Assembly (NCBI GenBank): GCA_963812015.1
Contig: CAWETI010000003.1
Location: 1,248,001 to 1,312,000 of the forward strand
From: an uncultured delta proteobacterium
GTDB lineage: Bacteria; Desulfobacterota; Desulfobaccia; Desulfobaccales; 0-14-0-80-60-11
DNA length: 64,000 bases
Direction of reading: 5' to 3'
The notes beneath the pieces are model-generated. The model did no database searches, was not told where the DNA came from, and saw nothing but the letters and a program-made list of their open reading frames with translations. Positions within the stretch are counted from its first letter, which is position 1. Every line of letters begins with the position of its first letter. A program made the position numbers and the translations under genes. Positions 10,988 through 21,839 of this stretch are shown piece by piece.

Positions 10988-12097
10988 ATGAGAATTCTGG
11001 TGCTTGCTTCCGATGCCTTCGGAGGCTACGGTGGGATAGCCAAGTACAACCGGGACCTGATCGACGCTCTATGCGACTACCCCGGGTTGTTGGAAGTGGT
11101 AGCCATTCCCCGGCATATCCCCATGCCCCTGGAGCTGTTGCCCTCCAAGCTTACTTACGTTACTGACGGTATAAACAGTAAATTTAGATATTTTTCGACG
11201 TTGTTGCGCCGCTTGGTAAGTCGACTAAAATACGATATGATTTTTTGTGGACATATTAATTTGCTGCCCATGGCCTATCTGGCAAAATGGAAACTCCGGG
11301 TCCCTCTGATCCTGGTTATATATGGGGTCGATGCCTGGTATCCTCCCGAAAGCACCCTGACAAAGAATATCCTCTCAAAAGTAGACGCGGTGATTTCCAT
11401 TAGCGAATTTACTAAAGATCGGTTTTTAACCTGGGCAGGGGTTAAAGAAGATAAGGTTTTTATTTTGCCCAATGCCGTGGAGCAGAAACATTACGGGGTT
11501 GGGATTAAGAACCCGGATTTGTTGAACCGGTACGGCTTGAACGGAAAAATCGTCTTACTGACCCTGGGGCGCCTGTCCGCAATTGAGCATGGCAAAGGGT
11601 TCGATGAGGTCATTGAGCTGCTGCCAGCGCTGTCAAAGCAAATCCCTGAGATAGCCTATCTGATCGTAGGCGACGGCGATGATCGTCGACGCCTAGAAGA
11701 TAAGGCCAGGTCCCTACGGGTAGCAGACCGAGTGGTTTTTACCGGCTTCATCGAAGAGAACGAAAAGCCGGACCATTACCGGTTGGCTGACGCCTATGTC
11801 ATGATTGGCCGGTTGGAGGGCTTCGGCTTCGCCTTTTTGGAAGCCATGGCCTGCGGCATACCGGTGGTGGGCAGCAAGCTGGATGGCAGTCGGGAAGCCT
11901 TGCGGGAGGGGGCTCTGGGAATCCTGGTGGACCCCCGGCGTCCGGATGACATTCAGGCCGGCATTCTTGAAGCCCTGAAGCGGCCCCGGGGGGTCATCCC
12001 GGCAGGGCTGGATTATTTCTCCTTCGAAAATTATGAGCAACGCTGCCATCAAATCCTGCGGCAGATTGCCACCCCAGGGAAGTCGGCTGGAATTTAG
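10988..12097 (+). CDS. Glycosyltransferase family 4
   Basis: Start at ATG 10988 (MRILVL); GGIAKY and EGFGFAFLEAMACG (ExF..E) motifs. Confidence 0.9.
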   Translation: MRILVLASDAFGGYGGIAKYNRDLIDALCDYPGLLEVVAIPRHIPMPLELLPSKLTYVTDGINSKFRYFSTLLRRLVSRLKYDMIFCGHINLLPMAYLAKWKLRVPLILVIYGVDAWYPPESTLTKNILSKVDAVISISEFTKDRFLTWAGVKEDKVFILPNAVEQKHYGVGIKNPDLLNRYGLNGKIVLLTLGRLSAIEHGKGFDEVIELLPALSKQIPEIAYLIVGDGDDRRRLEDKARSLRVADRVVFTGFIEENEKPDHYRLADAYVMIGRLEGFGFAFLEAMACGIPVVGSKLDGSREALREGALGILVDPRRPDDIQAGILEALKRPRGVIPAGLDYFSFENYEQRCHQILRQIATPGKSAGI

Positions 12098-12125
12098 CTT
12101 TATGAAGAAATGAAAAAATGAAAAA

Positions 12126-13106
12126 ATGATAAAAATGAAAACAGCGCTGATTTGCGGGATCTCAGGACAGGATGGGGCGTATCTGGCCCAACTTCTCCTG
12201 GCTAAAGGGTACCACGTGGTGGGCAGTTCCCGGGATGCCCAGATGTCATCTTTCGATAATTTGATCCGCCTCGGGGTGCGGAATCAGGTTTCGGTTGAAT
12301 CCGTGGCCCTCAACGATTTTCGGAGCGTGCTGCAGGCTCTCATTAAGGTGGAGCCGGATGAGATTTACAACCTGGCAGGGCAGAGCTCGGTGGCTCTGTC
12401 TTTTCTGCAGCCGGTGGAAACCCTGGAAAGTATCAGTGTGGGGACCCTCAACCTTCTGGAAGCCATCAGGTTCACCGGCAAGCCCGTCAAATTGTACAAT
12501 GCCTGTTCGGGCGAATGTTTTGGGGATATTGCCGACGCCGCCGATGAAACCACCCCGTTTCGCCCCCGCAGCCCGTATGCCGTGGCCAAGGCCGCGGCGT
12601 TTTGGGAAGTGGCCAACTACCGGGAGGCTTATAATATATTCGCCTGTTCCGGGATTTTGTTCAATCATGAATCGCCGTTGCGGCCGGCCCGTTTTGTGAC
12701 CCGCAAGATCGTGAGCGCGGCCTGCCGTATCGCAGCCGGCTCCCGGGAAAAACTTCAACTGGGTAATATTGCCATCCAGCGTGACTGGGGCTGGGCCCCG
12801 GAATATGTGGAAGCCATGTGGCGCATGGTGCAGCAGGAGCAGCCGGATGATTTCGTCATTGCCACGGGAGAGGGCCACTCTTTAGAGGACTTTGTGGCCA
12901 CCGCCTTTACTCAGGTGGGACTGGATTGGCGTGATCATGTCGTCATCGACCCGGGGCTGTTCCGGCCCACCGAAATTGCCATAAGCCGAGGTAATCCCCG
13001 GAAATCCCGGGAAACCTTCGGATGGCAGGCCCAATATAAAATGCCGGAAGTGATCACCTTGATGGTCAAAGATGAGCTGCAACACTTGAAGGGGCATGGA
13101 GCCTAA
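12126..13106 (+). CDS. GDP-mannose 4,6-dehydratase-like SDR (second, divergent gmd paralog)
   Basis: [21 protein letters not shown] and RDWGWAP motifs. Confidence 0.85.
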   Translation: MIKMKTALICGISGQDGAYLAQLLLAKGYHVVGSSRDAQMSSFDNLIRLGVRNQVSVESVALNDFRSVLQALIKVEPDEIYNLAGQSSVALSFLQPVETLESISVGTLNLLEAIRFTGKPVKLYNACSGECFGDIADAADETTPFRPRSPYAVAKAAAFWEVANYREAYNIFACSGILFNHESPLRPARFVTRKIVSAACRIAAGSREKLQLGNIAIQRDWGWAPEYVEAMWRMVQQEQPDDFVIATGEGHSLEDFVATAFTQVGLDWRDHVVIDPGLFRPTEIAISRGNPRKSRETFGWQAQYKMPEVITLMVKDELQHLKGHGA

Positions 13107-14298
13107 AATCCGCTTAGCCTACCTGGTGACTCACCCGATCCAATACCAGGCTCCCCTGCTGCGCCGGATTGCCGCGGAGCCCGGCATTGATCTGACGGTA
13201 TTTTTCTGCAGCGATTTTTCCCTGAGAAGTTACCTTGATCCCAGCTTTGGCAAATTCATTGCCTGGGATGTGCCCCTGGTCGGGGGATACCGGCATGAAA
13301 TTCTCCCAGCCCTGGGAAGGCAAGATCGGCTGTCCTTCTGGCGCCCCTTCAACTACGGTTTGGCGAGGCGTCTCCACCAGGGCAATTTTGATGTCCTCTG
13401 GGTCCATGGTTATAACCGCTGGTTCCATTGGCTCGCCATGGCCTGGGCCAAAATCCGCGGGCTCAAGGTGTTGGTGCGCGATGAAGCCACGCGCCGCAGC
13501 GGCTCCCGGCATAAGCTGAAGCGGCTGCTGAAGAGAATATTCTTTCTGGTTCTCAGGAGCTTAGGTGATGGGTTCCTGGCGATCGGGACGCTCAACGCCG
13601 AGTACTATCAATCCTATGGCATTGCCCCGGACCGGATTTTTTCGGTCCCCTACGCGGTGGATAACGCTTTTTTTCGAGATAAGGCCAGGGAGGCTGCAAG
13701 GGACCGGGAGCACTTGCGGCGCGACTTGGGGTTGGAACCCGGCCGGCCCATCATCCTTTACGCCAGCAAATTATCGGAGATCAAACGCGGCGCGGACCTG
13801 CTCGATGCCTATATCCGGATGTCGCCCGACCAGGGCCAAGAACCGGTCCCCTATCTGCTATTCATCGGCGATGGCGACCAGCGGCAATTCCTGGAGGATC
13901 GCGCCGGGGCGAAGCAGTGGAGTTCGATAAAGTTTTTGGGCTTCAAGAATCAGACCGAACTCCCCCGCTATTATGACCTGTGCGACGTGCTGGTGTTGCC
14001 CTCGGTCTTCGAGCCCTGGGGGCTGGTAATCAATGAAGTCATGAATGCCGGGCGGGCAGTGGTGGTGAGCGATCAGGTGGGGTGCGGCCCTGATTTGGTG
14101 AAACAAGGGGAAAACGGTTACGTCTTCAAAACCGGGGATATTGACGGCCTCCGTTGGGCGCTGCACGACATCGTGAGTAATCCGCCGAAATGCCGGGCCT
14201 TTGGGGAAAAAAGCCTGGAAATCATTGAGAAATGGGGCATAGAAGCGGACGTCGCCGGGCTGAACCAAGCCTTGGCATATGTCATGCAGCCTTCATAA
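13096..14298 (+). CDS. Glycosyltransferase family 4
   Basis: THPIQYQ N-terminus and EPWGLVINEVM motif. Confidence 0.88.
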   Translation: MEPKIRLAYLVTHPIQYQAPLLRRIAAEPGIDLTVFFCSDFSLRSYLDPSFGKFIAWDVPLVGGYRHEILPALGRQDRLSFWRPFNYGLARRLHQGNFDVLWVHGYNRWFHWLAMAWAKIRGLKVLVRDEATRRSGSRHKLKRLLKRIFFLVLRSLGDGFLAIGTLNAEYYQSYGIAPDRIFSVPYAVDNAFFRDKAREAARDREHLRRDLGLEPGRPIILYASKLSEIKRGADLLDAYIRMSPDQGQEPVPYLLFIGDGDQRQFLEDRAGAKQWSSIKFLGFKNQTELPRYYDLCDVLVLPSVFEPWGLVINEVMNAGRAVVVSDQVGCGPDLVKQGENGYVFKTGDIDGLRWALHDIVSNPPKCRAFGEKSLEIIEKWGIEADVAGLNQALAYVMQPS

Positions 14299-14338
14299 GC
14301 AGGGTGATGGTTTATTATTGGGTCGAAGGAAAGATAAA

Positions 14339-15352
14339 TTGAACATTTTATTTCTCGGGGCCGATGGCGGGAATGCCTTAAAAAGAGCCAAGGCCTTGAG
14401 CCGCCTCGGCCACGCAGTAATGCGGATAGATCCCTATAGTTTGTTCCCTTGTAAAAATTTTGTCGGGAGATTAATTTATTATGGGGGGGCTTCATTAATA
14501 GAGAATTACTTGAAGAGAAAGATTGTCCCGCTTATTAAGAAGTCGAGCTTTGATGTGATTTTCGTGGATAACGGGGAATTAGTTGGATGCAAAGTCTTAA
14601 AAGTTTTAAAACAAGTATCATCCATTATTATTAATTATAATAACGATGATCCCTTCGGGTTCCGGGATAAGAAAAAGTGGCGGTTATATCTGGAAGCCGT
14701 CCCGCACTATGATTTGTTGGCCGTGGTGCGATCGGTCAATGTTGCTGAGGCTTATTCCCTGGGGGCTAAGAAAGTTCTCCAGGTATTCATGGCGGTGGAT
14801 GAATTGGATGGGCCGAGGGAAATTACTCCCCAGGATCGGCGGCGATTTCCCCATGAAGTGCTGTTTATCGGGACCTGGATGCCGGAAAGAGGGCCATTTC
14901 TGCAGGAGTTGATGAAAGCCGGGGTGCCCCTGGCCATGTATGGCAACAGTTGGCAGAAGGCGCCGGAATGGCCCCAGTTGCAAGCGGTGTGGCAAGGCCC
15001 GGCTATTTATGGAGATGATTATCTCAAGGCCATTCAACTGGCCAAGATTTCTCTAGGGCTTCTGTCCAAAGGGAATCGAGATTTGCACACCACCAGAACT
15101 TTTGAAATTCCTTATTGCGGGGGATTGCTGTGTGCCGAACGCACCTCTGAACACTTACAGTTATATCAGGAAGATGTCGAGGCGGTTTACTGGAGTGATG
15201 TGAAGGAATGCATTGAGAAATGCCAGTATCTGCTTAATAATGATAAGATACGCCAAGAGATTGCTGAAAATGGCCGGAGGCGTTGTCTGCGGAACGGCAT
15301 TTTCAACGAACGCAACCTGGCAAAAATGTTGGAAGCAGCCGGCGCTTTCTAA
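14339..15352 (+). CDS. Glycosyltransferase (CgeB/DUF3880-like GT-B)
   Basis: Probable TTG start at 14339; DDPF, RDLHTTRTFEIP and LCAERT motifs. Confidence 0.75.
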   Translation: MNILFLGADGGNALKRAKALSRLGHAVMRIDPYSLFPCKNFVGRLIYYGGASLIENYLKRKIVPLIKKSSFDVIFVDNGELVGCKVLKVLKQVSSIIINYNNDDPFGFRDKKKWRLYLEAVPHYDLLAVVRSVNVAEAYSLGAKKVLQVFMAVDELDGPREITPQDRRRFPHEVLFIGTWMPERGPFLQELMKAGVPLAMYGNSWQKAPEWPQLQAVWQGPAIYGDDYLKAIQLAKISLGLLSKGNRDLHTTRTFEIPYCGGLLCAERTSEHLQLYQEDVEAVYWSDVKECIEKCQYLLNNDKIRQEIAENGRRRCLRNGIFNERNLAKMLEAAGAF

Positions 15353-15406
15353 GGCGTATTCTAGCCAAGATATTCTAAAAATCACCCATATTGGGGTAGT
15401 TATTCA

Positions 15407-16633
15407 GTGAAAATCACGATCAGCGTTTTGGGACGTTTCTGGTTATTTTATCTTGCCAAACAACTCCAAGATCATAACTTTCTGGCTAAGTTAATCACCA
15501 GCTATCCCAAATTTGAGGCTGCCAGATATGGGGTTAATCCCGCCAACGTTGATTCGCTGTTGATCCATGAGATTCATAATCGCGGCTGGCGGAAAATCAG
15601 CCGATTCACCGAATCATGGTTCAATCCGCAATATATGATCTTCGAATTATTTGACCGCCATGCCTCAAGGCATATAACGAGTCAGAGCGATATCTTTGCG
15701 GGGCTGAGCGGTTGTTCCCTCTATTCGCTGCGGCAGGCCCGCCGGCTGGGGGCCAAAACCGTGCTGGAGCGCGGTTCGAGCCACATGCTTTACCAGAGAA
15801 AGATATTGGAAGAAGAATACCGCAAAGTTGGCCTGAGGAAAGAAGTGGTGCACCCCAAAGTCGTGGAGCGGGAATTGATGGAATACCAGGAGGCGGATTT
15901 TATTGCCGTACCGTCGCAATTTGTCAAAGACACCTTCTTGCAGCAGGGGGTACCCGAGGCACGGCTCATCCATGTTCCTTTTGGCGTTGATTTGACGAAT
16001 TTCTATCCTGCCCCCAAGCAAGATACGCTATTCAGGATCATTCATTGCGGCACGATCAGCATCCGGAAAGGCGTCCATTATTTATTGCAAGCCTTTGCTG
16101 AATTAAACCTGCCCCGGGCCGAATTGTGGTTGATCGGCAGCATGACCGATGAGATCAAGCCTTTTTGGCAGAAATTTGCCTCGGCGGCCATCCGCCATCA
16201 AGGTCCCTTTCCCGAAAGAGAATTGTATAAATATTATGCGCAGAGTTCGGTCTTCTGTCTGGCTTCCATCGAAGAAGGGCTGGCCATGGTGCAGGTCCAG
16301 GCCATGGCCTGCGGCTTGCCGGTGATCTGTACGACCAATACCGGGGGGGCCGATATCGTCAGGCAGGGCCAGGACGGGTTCATCGTGCCCATCCGGGATG
16401 TGGACGCCCTCAAAGAGAAAATCCTCTATTTCTATGAGAATCCTGAAGCCGGCGCGGTGATGGGGGAGTCAGCCCGGCTGCGGGTGCAAGCCGGTTATGC
16501 CTGGTCGGATTACGGCGATAAAATGATCGCAGCCTACCGGAAAGTGTTGCACCGGGATGATGAGGCGAATTCCCCCGGCGGAGCCGCTCATCATGGACCG
16601 CGGCGGCCAGGGTTGCCGCATAATCTCAAATAA
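15407..16633 (+). CDS. Glycosyltransferase family 4
   Basis: ERGSSH, RKGVHYLL and EEGLAMVQVQAMACG motifs. Confidence 0.88.
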   Translation: MKITISVLGRFWLFYLAKQLQDHNFLAKLITSYPKFEAARYGVNPANVDSLLIHEIHNRGWRKISRFTESWFNPQYMIFELFDRHASRHITSQSDIFAGLSGCSLYSLRQARRLGAKTVLERGSSHMLYQRKILEEEYRKVGLRKEVVHPKVVERELMEYQEADFIAVPSQFVKDTFLQQGVPEARLIHVPFGVDLTNFYPAPKQDTLFRIIHCGTISIRKGVHYLLQAFAELNLPRAELWLIGSMTDEIKPFWQKFASAAIRHQGPFPERELYKYYAQSSVFCLASIEEGLAMVQVQAMACGLPVICTTNTGGADIVRQGQDGFIVPIRDVDALKEKILYFYENPEAGAVMGESARLRVQAGYAWSDYGDKMIAAYRKVLHRDDEANSPGGAAHHGPRRPGLPHNLK

Positions 16634-16676
16634 AGTTACCGACCAACAATCTCGAAAAAAGGGAGATTTACAAGAA

Positions 16677-17807
16677 ATGCCGGTGAACAAAGGGTTCTGG
16701 CGTGGGATGGGGGGCAACCTTGTCTTAATACTGGTGGCGGTGGTGCTGTGTGCGGTGGGACTGGAATTTGCCTGCCGGGCGCTGCCGGTTTCGGACAGCA
16801 TGGGATGGAACCGCACCCCGCCGCTTTCCGAAAGGGCGAAACGGTTTGACGCCTCCGCCCCCATGAAGATCGTGGCACTTGGGAACTCATTCGCAGAGTG
16901 GCGGGCGGGAGAAGGGGTGAACATGTTTGACCTGCTCCAGGAGGATTTATCCCCCCAGGGGTGCAAGATCCTTAATCTCGGCCAAGCCGGCACCGATGTC
17001 ATTGATTATATTGAGTCGTACCGTCGGTATGTGAACTTTACCCCTGACGCCATAATACTATGTCTGACCCTTGGCAACAACGTGTATGATTACTCTGAAA
17101 AATTAGACGTGAGGGAAACCGAGTCGGGTTCGGAAGCCCCGCGATCCGGTATGAAAGGGTTTATAAAAAGGCATAGCGTAGTGTTAAATTATCTCTTCCG
17201 CCTGAGTAAACAATATCTTCCGGTTGTGCAGTCTGGGTCTTTTGATCAGGACCTAAAGAGTCGGCAAAAGAAGGCTGGACTCACTGATGCTCAGGTCCAA
17301 AGCCGCATGGCCAAGCTTGACCCGAAGATCATCGAACTTGCCCGGAGCGATGCAGTGAACCCGTGGGTTCCGGCCATTGGCGCCATCAGCCCGGAGTATT
17401 ACAAGGAGTTATGTAGTGAATCATCACCGAAGGGCCGGGCGATGGCCGAAGACACCCTAAGACTCATCCGGGACTTTTGCTCTGCCCAGAAGGTTAAACA
17501 TTTCCTGGTGTTGCTTCTTCCCGAGAGCCTGCAAGTATCTGAAAAATATGACGAATTTTTCAAGAGGTGCGGCTATGACCTCGATAATTTCCCGTTGCAA
17601 GAGCGCCGCGGCTTGACCAGATACCTCCAGAGGCGCTTGGGAGATTTCGGCATCATGTCATTAGATACGACGCCGGCGCTGGAAAAGGTTTATCCGGCGT
17701 ATATTCCCCTGGATACCCACCCGAATTCCCAGGGACATAAGGCCATTGCCAATGCGATGGCGAAGTTCATAAGCCAGCATTTCGCAGGGAAGCCATCCGC
17801 TGAATAG
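16677..17807 (+). CDS. SGNH/GDSL-type hydrolase or O-acyltransferase, membrane anchored
   Basis: N-terminal TM; GNSF block I, NLG..GT block II, GNN block III and DTHPN (DxH) block V. Confidence 0.72.
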   Translation: MPVNKGFWRGMGGNLVLILVAVVLCAVGLEFACRALPVSDSMGWNRTPPLSERAKRFDASAPMKIVALGNSFAEWRAGEGVNMFDLLQEDLSPQGCKILNLGQAGTDVIDYIESYRRYVNFTPDAIILCLTLGNNVYDYSEKLDVRETESGSEAPRSGMKGFIKRHSVVLNYLFRLSKQYLPVVQSGSFDQDLKSRQKKAGLTDAQVQSRMAKLDPKIIELARSDAVNPWVPAIGAISPEYYKELCSESSPKGRAMAEDTLRLIRDFCSAQKVKHFLVLLLPESLQVSEKYDEFFKRCGYDLDNFPLQERRGLTRYLQRRLGDFGIMSLDTTPALEKVYPAYIPLDTHPNSQGHKAIANAMAKFISQHFAGKPSAE

Positions 17808-17939
17808 GGCGGTTTTATGCATAGCCATTGTCGATATGCCTACTAGACCTCGTGGCCTTTCTTCGCCAGAAAGTAAGGCGGAGGCTGACTAGTTAATCCT
17901 GACGGGGGAGCATATTACCCAGCGCCGATTGCCAACTCT

Positions 17940-18872
17940 ATGGTGGAATTTAAAACCAAACAATGGCTCAGTCATCATGCAGGCTTGAGCGCCGGTCTCT
18001 TTAAAAGAATACTCTATGTTATTATTCGCCCGTTACTATCTTTTAAGTATTCTCGCTATCTCTCTCAGGAAACGATTCAAGCCTATCAGCCGCGTTTTTG
18101 CCTGGGTTCCCGGGGGATGCCGTTGGAAAGCCGGCGCCGCTGGGGCAGTAAGTACCTAAAAAATATCCGGGATGCCATCGTGCTGGTCCAGGGCACCGGC
18201 ACCGGTTGGGATGTGATCAGCTGGGCCCAACTCAGGCCCCGGCAAATTATCGCCACGGATATGTTTCCTTTTGAAGATTCGTGGGGGGAGATCGCCAGGT
18301 ATTGTTATGATCGCTATCAGGTCAGGGTGGATTTCCGGCTGTCTGCCATTGAGGCCGTACCTTTTTTGGCTGATAACAGTGTCGATTTAATTGCTTCGGA
18401 CGCGGTTTATGAGCATTGCCGGGATTTGTCCGCCGTCATGCAGGAGAGCTTCAGAATCCTGAAGCCGGGAGGCTGCATCTATGCGTCCTATGGCCCCCTG
18501 TATTTTTGCGCCAGCGGCGATCACTTTTCCGGGCGTGGCGGGCTTTCGACCTGCTTCAACCATCTCGGGTTGGAGCCGGAGGCCTATCAGCGCTACCTTG
18601 CCGCGAACCAGGAAGAGATCGAGGATTTTCAGGGTGGCGCCAGATACATCGAGCTCAAGTTATTCTCTTATCTAACCACCCGCCAATATCTGAAGATTTA
18701 TCAGGCCGCGCATTTTGTGGTTAAGGAGATAATTTTGGAGATATCGCCGAAGGCATTACAATTTAAGAAAATATATCCTGATAAATTCGATTTTATAGTC
18801 AATAAGTATAAAGATAGGTGCCATCCGGATGATTTATTGATCAAAGTCAATCTCATCATACTTCAAAAATAG
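17940..18872 (+). CDS. Class I SAM-dependent methyltransferase
   Basis: LVQGTGTG, SVDLI..DAVYEH and RILKPGG motifs. Confidence 0.8.
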   Translation: MVEFKTKQWLSHHAGLSAGLFKRILYVIIRPLLSFKYSRYLSQETIQAYQPRFCLGSRGMPLESRRRWGSKYLKNIRDAIVLVQGTGTGWDVISWAQLRPRQIIATDMFPFEDSWGEIARYCYDRYQVRVDFRLSAIEAVPFLADNSVDLIASDAVYEHCRDLSAVMQESFRILKPGGCIYASYGPLYFCASGDHFSGRGGLSTCFNHLGLEPEAYQRYLAANQEEIEDFQGGARYIELKLFSYLTTRQYLKIYQAAHFVVKEIILEISPKALQFKKIYPDKFDFIVNKYKDRCHPDDLLIKVNLIILQK

Positions 18873-18924
18873 ATAAGTAATGTGCGTATAATATGTTAAA
18901 GATTCTGAAGAAATCACTTACCCG

Positions 18925-18995
18925 GTCATGCTGAGGGAACGAAGCGACCGCAGAATCTCAGGATAAGAGATTCTGCGCGGCGCGCAGAAGGCCAA
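18925..18995. repeat. Palindromic intergenic element (GTCATGCTGAG... type)
   Basis: Perfect 11-bp inverted repeat CGCAGAATCTC (18949) / GAGATTCTGCG (18967), preceded by GTCATGCTGAGGGAACGAAGCGA. Confidence 0.55.
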
Positions 18996-19080
18996 AAATG
19001 CGCCTTTGGCAGAAGTCTCAGGTTATTATACAAGTTGAATAATACGGCAATATTTTCCTAAAGAGGCAGAGCAGGCGGGC

Positions 19081-20550
19081 ATGATCAACCGGCTAGTCAA
19101 AGGTATCGGCGCCAATTTCTTGGGGCAGATCATTAATATCATCTCGAGAATTGTGCTGGTGCCGCTGTTCTTGCTGGCCTGGGGCACAGATATTTATGGA
19201 GAATGGCTGCTCCTTTCTTCCATGGTGGCGTATCTTTCTTTAACGGAGATGGGGGCCCAGTTATATATTGTCAACCTTATGACCCAGGCCTTCGCCCGCC
19301 GGGACAATGACCACCTGTGCAAGGTCTTGCACACCGGCCTGGCCTTATTCCTCATCGTCCCCATTGCCGTGTTCAGCGTTTTCGTGGCGGTGATTTTCTT
19401 CTTCAACCCGGCCTCATTCCTCCATATTACCCAAACCAGCCATGCCATGGTTATCCTGGTCCTGGCCATCTTGGCTTTTCAGATTGTCATCTCCCTGCCC
19501 ACCAGTGTTTTATTGAGAGTTTACTTCGCCGTGGAAATGCTGCCCCGGGGGGTCATGCTGCTCAACCTGATGCTGCTGATGAGTCTCATCTTGGTGGCCG
19601 GGGGGTTGTGGCTGGGTTGGGGTATGGTTGCCATCGCCCTGCTCCAGCTCGTTCCCTATGGGCTCACCGCCGGCATTGCCCTTTATGATCTCAACCGGAA
19701 ATTTCCCCAATTTAAGATCCTGTCCTTGCAGGAGGCGGATTTTTCTTTTGGCGTGAGTTTCATTAAACCCAGTCTGCACTTTTTCCTCATTCAGCTCGGC
19801 CAGGCTTTTTCTCTGCAAGGGACCGTGCTGGTGGTGGGGATGGTGATGGGGCCGATCCAGGTGGTGCTTTTTTCCACCATGCGGACCATCGTCAACCTGA
19901 TCCGATCATTTCTCGATCAACTCTCCCATGCGGCCTGGCCCGAGATGACGCGCCTGGACGCCCAACAGGATAGTGATAAATTTCTGCTCCTCTTTCGGGT
20001 GATCTTGCGTACGGCCTTGGTGGCTGCCGTCATCTTTATGACGATCTTTCATTTCTTCGGCGGCTATATCTATCATTTCTGGTTGAGGAAAACGGTGCCC
20101 TTCGAGCAGCCGGTGATGGACCTGTTCCTGATCTACATGGGGCAATTTATCTTCTGGCTCACCTGCAGCCATCCCTTGCAGGCCACCAACCGGCATCAGA
20201 CCCTGGCCAAGATGCTGTTCGTCTCCTCTCTCCTCACCATTGCCCTGGCCTACCTGGGCGGACGGCATCTGGGGTTGCCGGGGATTGTCCTGGGCATGAT
20301 CGTCGGGGACCTGATCCTGCCTTTCTGGTTTGTCCCGTATCTGCTGAGGGGTTATCACGCGAGTTTCTCTTGCAAGTTTTTCGCCATGGAAATGACGCCC
20401 TATATCACGAGTTTAGTAATCCTGGCCACCATCCCCTGGCTCGCCCCCCTGGTCATGCTCGGGCTCCTGGTTTGGTGGTTGAAGGCGGTACCCGGCCATA
20501 TCCTGCGACTGGATCAGTGGCGGCAACTCAAAAAGATGGTGCATTTATGA
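19081..20550 (+). CDS. wzx: Oligosaccharide flippase (Wzx, MOP family)
   Basis: About 12-14 TMs, a YGEW..L early loop, and position inside a polysaccharide locus. Confidence 0.78.
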   Translation: MINRLVKGIGANFLGQIINIISRIVLVPLFLLAWGTDIYGEWLLLSSMVAYLSLTEMGAQLYIVNLMTQAFARRDNDHLCKVLHTGLALFLIVPIAVFSVFVAVIFFFNPASFLHITQTSHAMVILVLAILAFQIVISLPTSVLLRVYFAVEMLPRGVMLLNLMLLMSLILVAGGLWLGWGMVAIALLQLVPYGLTAGIALYDLNRKFPQFKILSLQEADFSFGVSFIKPSLHFFLIQLGQAFSLQGTVLVVGMVMGPIQVVLFSTMRTIVNLIRSFLDQLSHAAWPEMTRLDAQQDSDKFLLLFRVILRTALVAAVIFMTIFHFFGGYIYHFWLRKTVPFEQPVMDLFLIYMGQFIFWLTCSHPLQATNRHQTLAKMLFVSSLLTIALAYLGGRHLGLPGIVLGMIVGDLILPFWFVPYLLRGYHASFSCKFFAMEMTPYITSLVILATIPWLAPLVMLGLLVWWLKAVPGHILRLDQWRQLKKMVHL

Positions 20551-20614
20551 GGTCAGGGCGCGGCAACCGGGGACATGTGGGGCTCGTCATGGGCAAGGGG
20601 CGGCCGGCGAAGTC

Positions 20615-21805
20615 ATGAAGATTCTCCATGTGATTGCCAACCTGGCTCCCCGTTACGGCGGCCCTTCCAAGGCCTGCTGGGAAATGGCCCGGGCCGTGGC
20701 CCGGTTAGGGCACGAGGTGAGCATCTATACCACCAACCAGGACGGGCCCGGAGAATTGGAGGTGCCGGTGGATCGCCCGGTGTGGCGGGATGGCGTGGAA
20801 ATCCGCTATTTTCCCATTCAAGCGCCCCGCTTCTGGGGCACTTCCCTGCCCCTGGCCCTGGCCCTGCGGCGCCAGATCCCGACAGTCGATCTGGTGCACA
20901 TCCACTCCCTCTATCTGTTCCACAACCTGGTGGCGGGCCACTACTGCCGGCGCTACGCCGTTCCCTATCTGGTGCGCCCCCACGGGACCCTGGACCCCTT
21001 TATCCGCCGGCGGCACCGCTGGCGCAAGCACCTCATGGAAGGCTGGTTTGAGGACCGCAATATCCGCCAGGCCGCGGCCCTCCACTTCACTACCCGGGAG
21101 GAAGCGGAATTGGCGGCGCCGTTCACCTTCAAAACCCCCGGTCTGGTGGTGCCCCTGGGGATCAACTTCGATGAATTTGCGGCGATGCCGGAGCCGGGCC
21201 GATTCAGGGGCCGGCATCCCGAAATCGGCGACAAGGCCATCGTCCTGTTTTTCGGGCGGATTAACTTCAAAAAGGGCCTGGATATTCTGGCCAAGGCCTT
21301 TGGGGCCGTGGCCCGCCGGCGGGAGGACGTCCATCTGGTGATTGCCGGGCCCGACAATGAGGGTTGGGGCGCCCGGGTCCGCGCCTGGTTAGGGGAGGAG
21401 GGCGTGCTGGACCGCACCACTTTTACCGGGATGCTGTTGGGGCCTGAGAAACTGGCCGTACTGCGGGACGCCGGCATGTTTGTGCTGCCCTCCTATTCGG
21501 AGAATTTTGGCCTGGCGGTCATCGAAGCCATGGCCGCGGGCCTGCCGGTGATTATTTCCGACCAGGTCAATATCTGGCGGGAGATCCAAACCGGGGAGGC
21601 TGGCCGGGTGATCCCGTGTGCGGCCCCGGCCCTGGCCGACCAGATCCTGGACCTCTTGGACCACCCCGCAGCCGCGAGGCACATGGGCCAGCAAGGCCGA
21701 TCTCTGGTGCAGGAGCGCTTCCAATGGCCCCAAATCGCCCAGCGTCTGGCCGAGGCCTACGGCCGGATCATTGAGGCGAACCAAAGGAACCGGGGCGACC
21801 ATTGA
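20615..21805 (+). CDS. Glycosyltransferase family 4
   Basis: GGP, PHGTL, KKGLDIL and SENFGLAVIEAMAAG motifs. Confidence 0.9.
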   Translation: MKILHVIANLAPRYGGPSKACWEMARAVARLGHEVSIYTTNQDGPGELEVPVDRPVWRDGVEIRYFPIQAPRFWGTSLPLALALRRQIPTVDLVHIHSLYLFHNLVAGHYCRRYAVPYLVRPHGTLDPFIRRRHRWRKHLMEGWFEDRNIRQAAALHFTTREEAELAAPFTFKTPGLVVPLGINFDEFAAMPEPGRFRGRHPEIGDKAIVLFFGRINFKKGLDILAKAFGAVARRREDVHLVIAGPDNEGWGARVRAWLGEEGVLDRTTFTGMLLGPEKLAVLRDAGMFVLPSYSENFGLAVIEAMAAGLPVIISDQVNIWREIQTGEAGRVIPCAAPALADQILDLLDHPAAARHMGQQGRSLVQERFQWPQIAQRLAEAYGRIIEANQRNRGDH

Positions 21806-21839
21806 CCCGGAGAACTCACCCGCTAGCCCGGAAGAAGCC

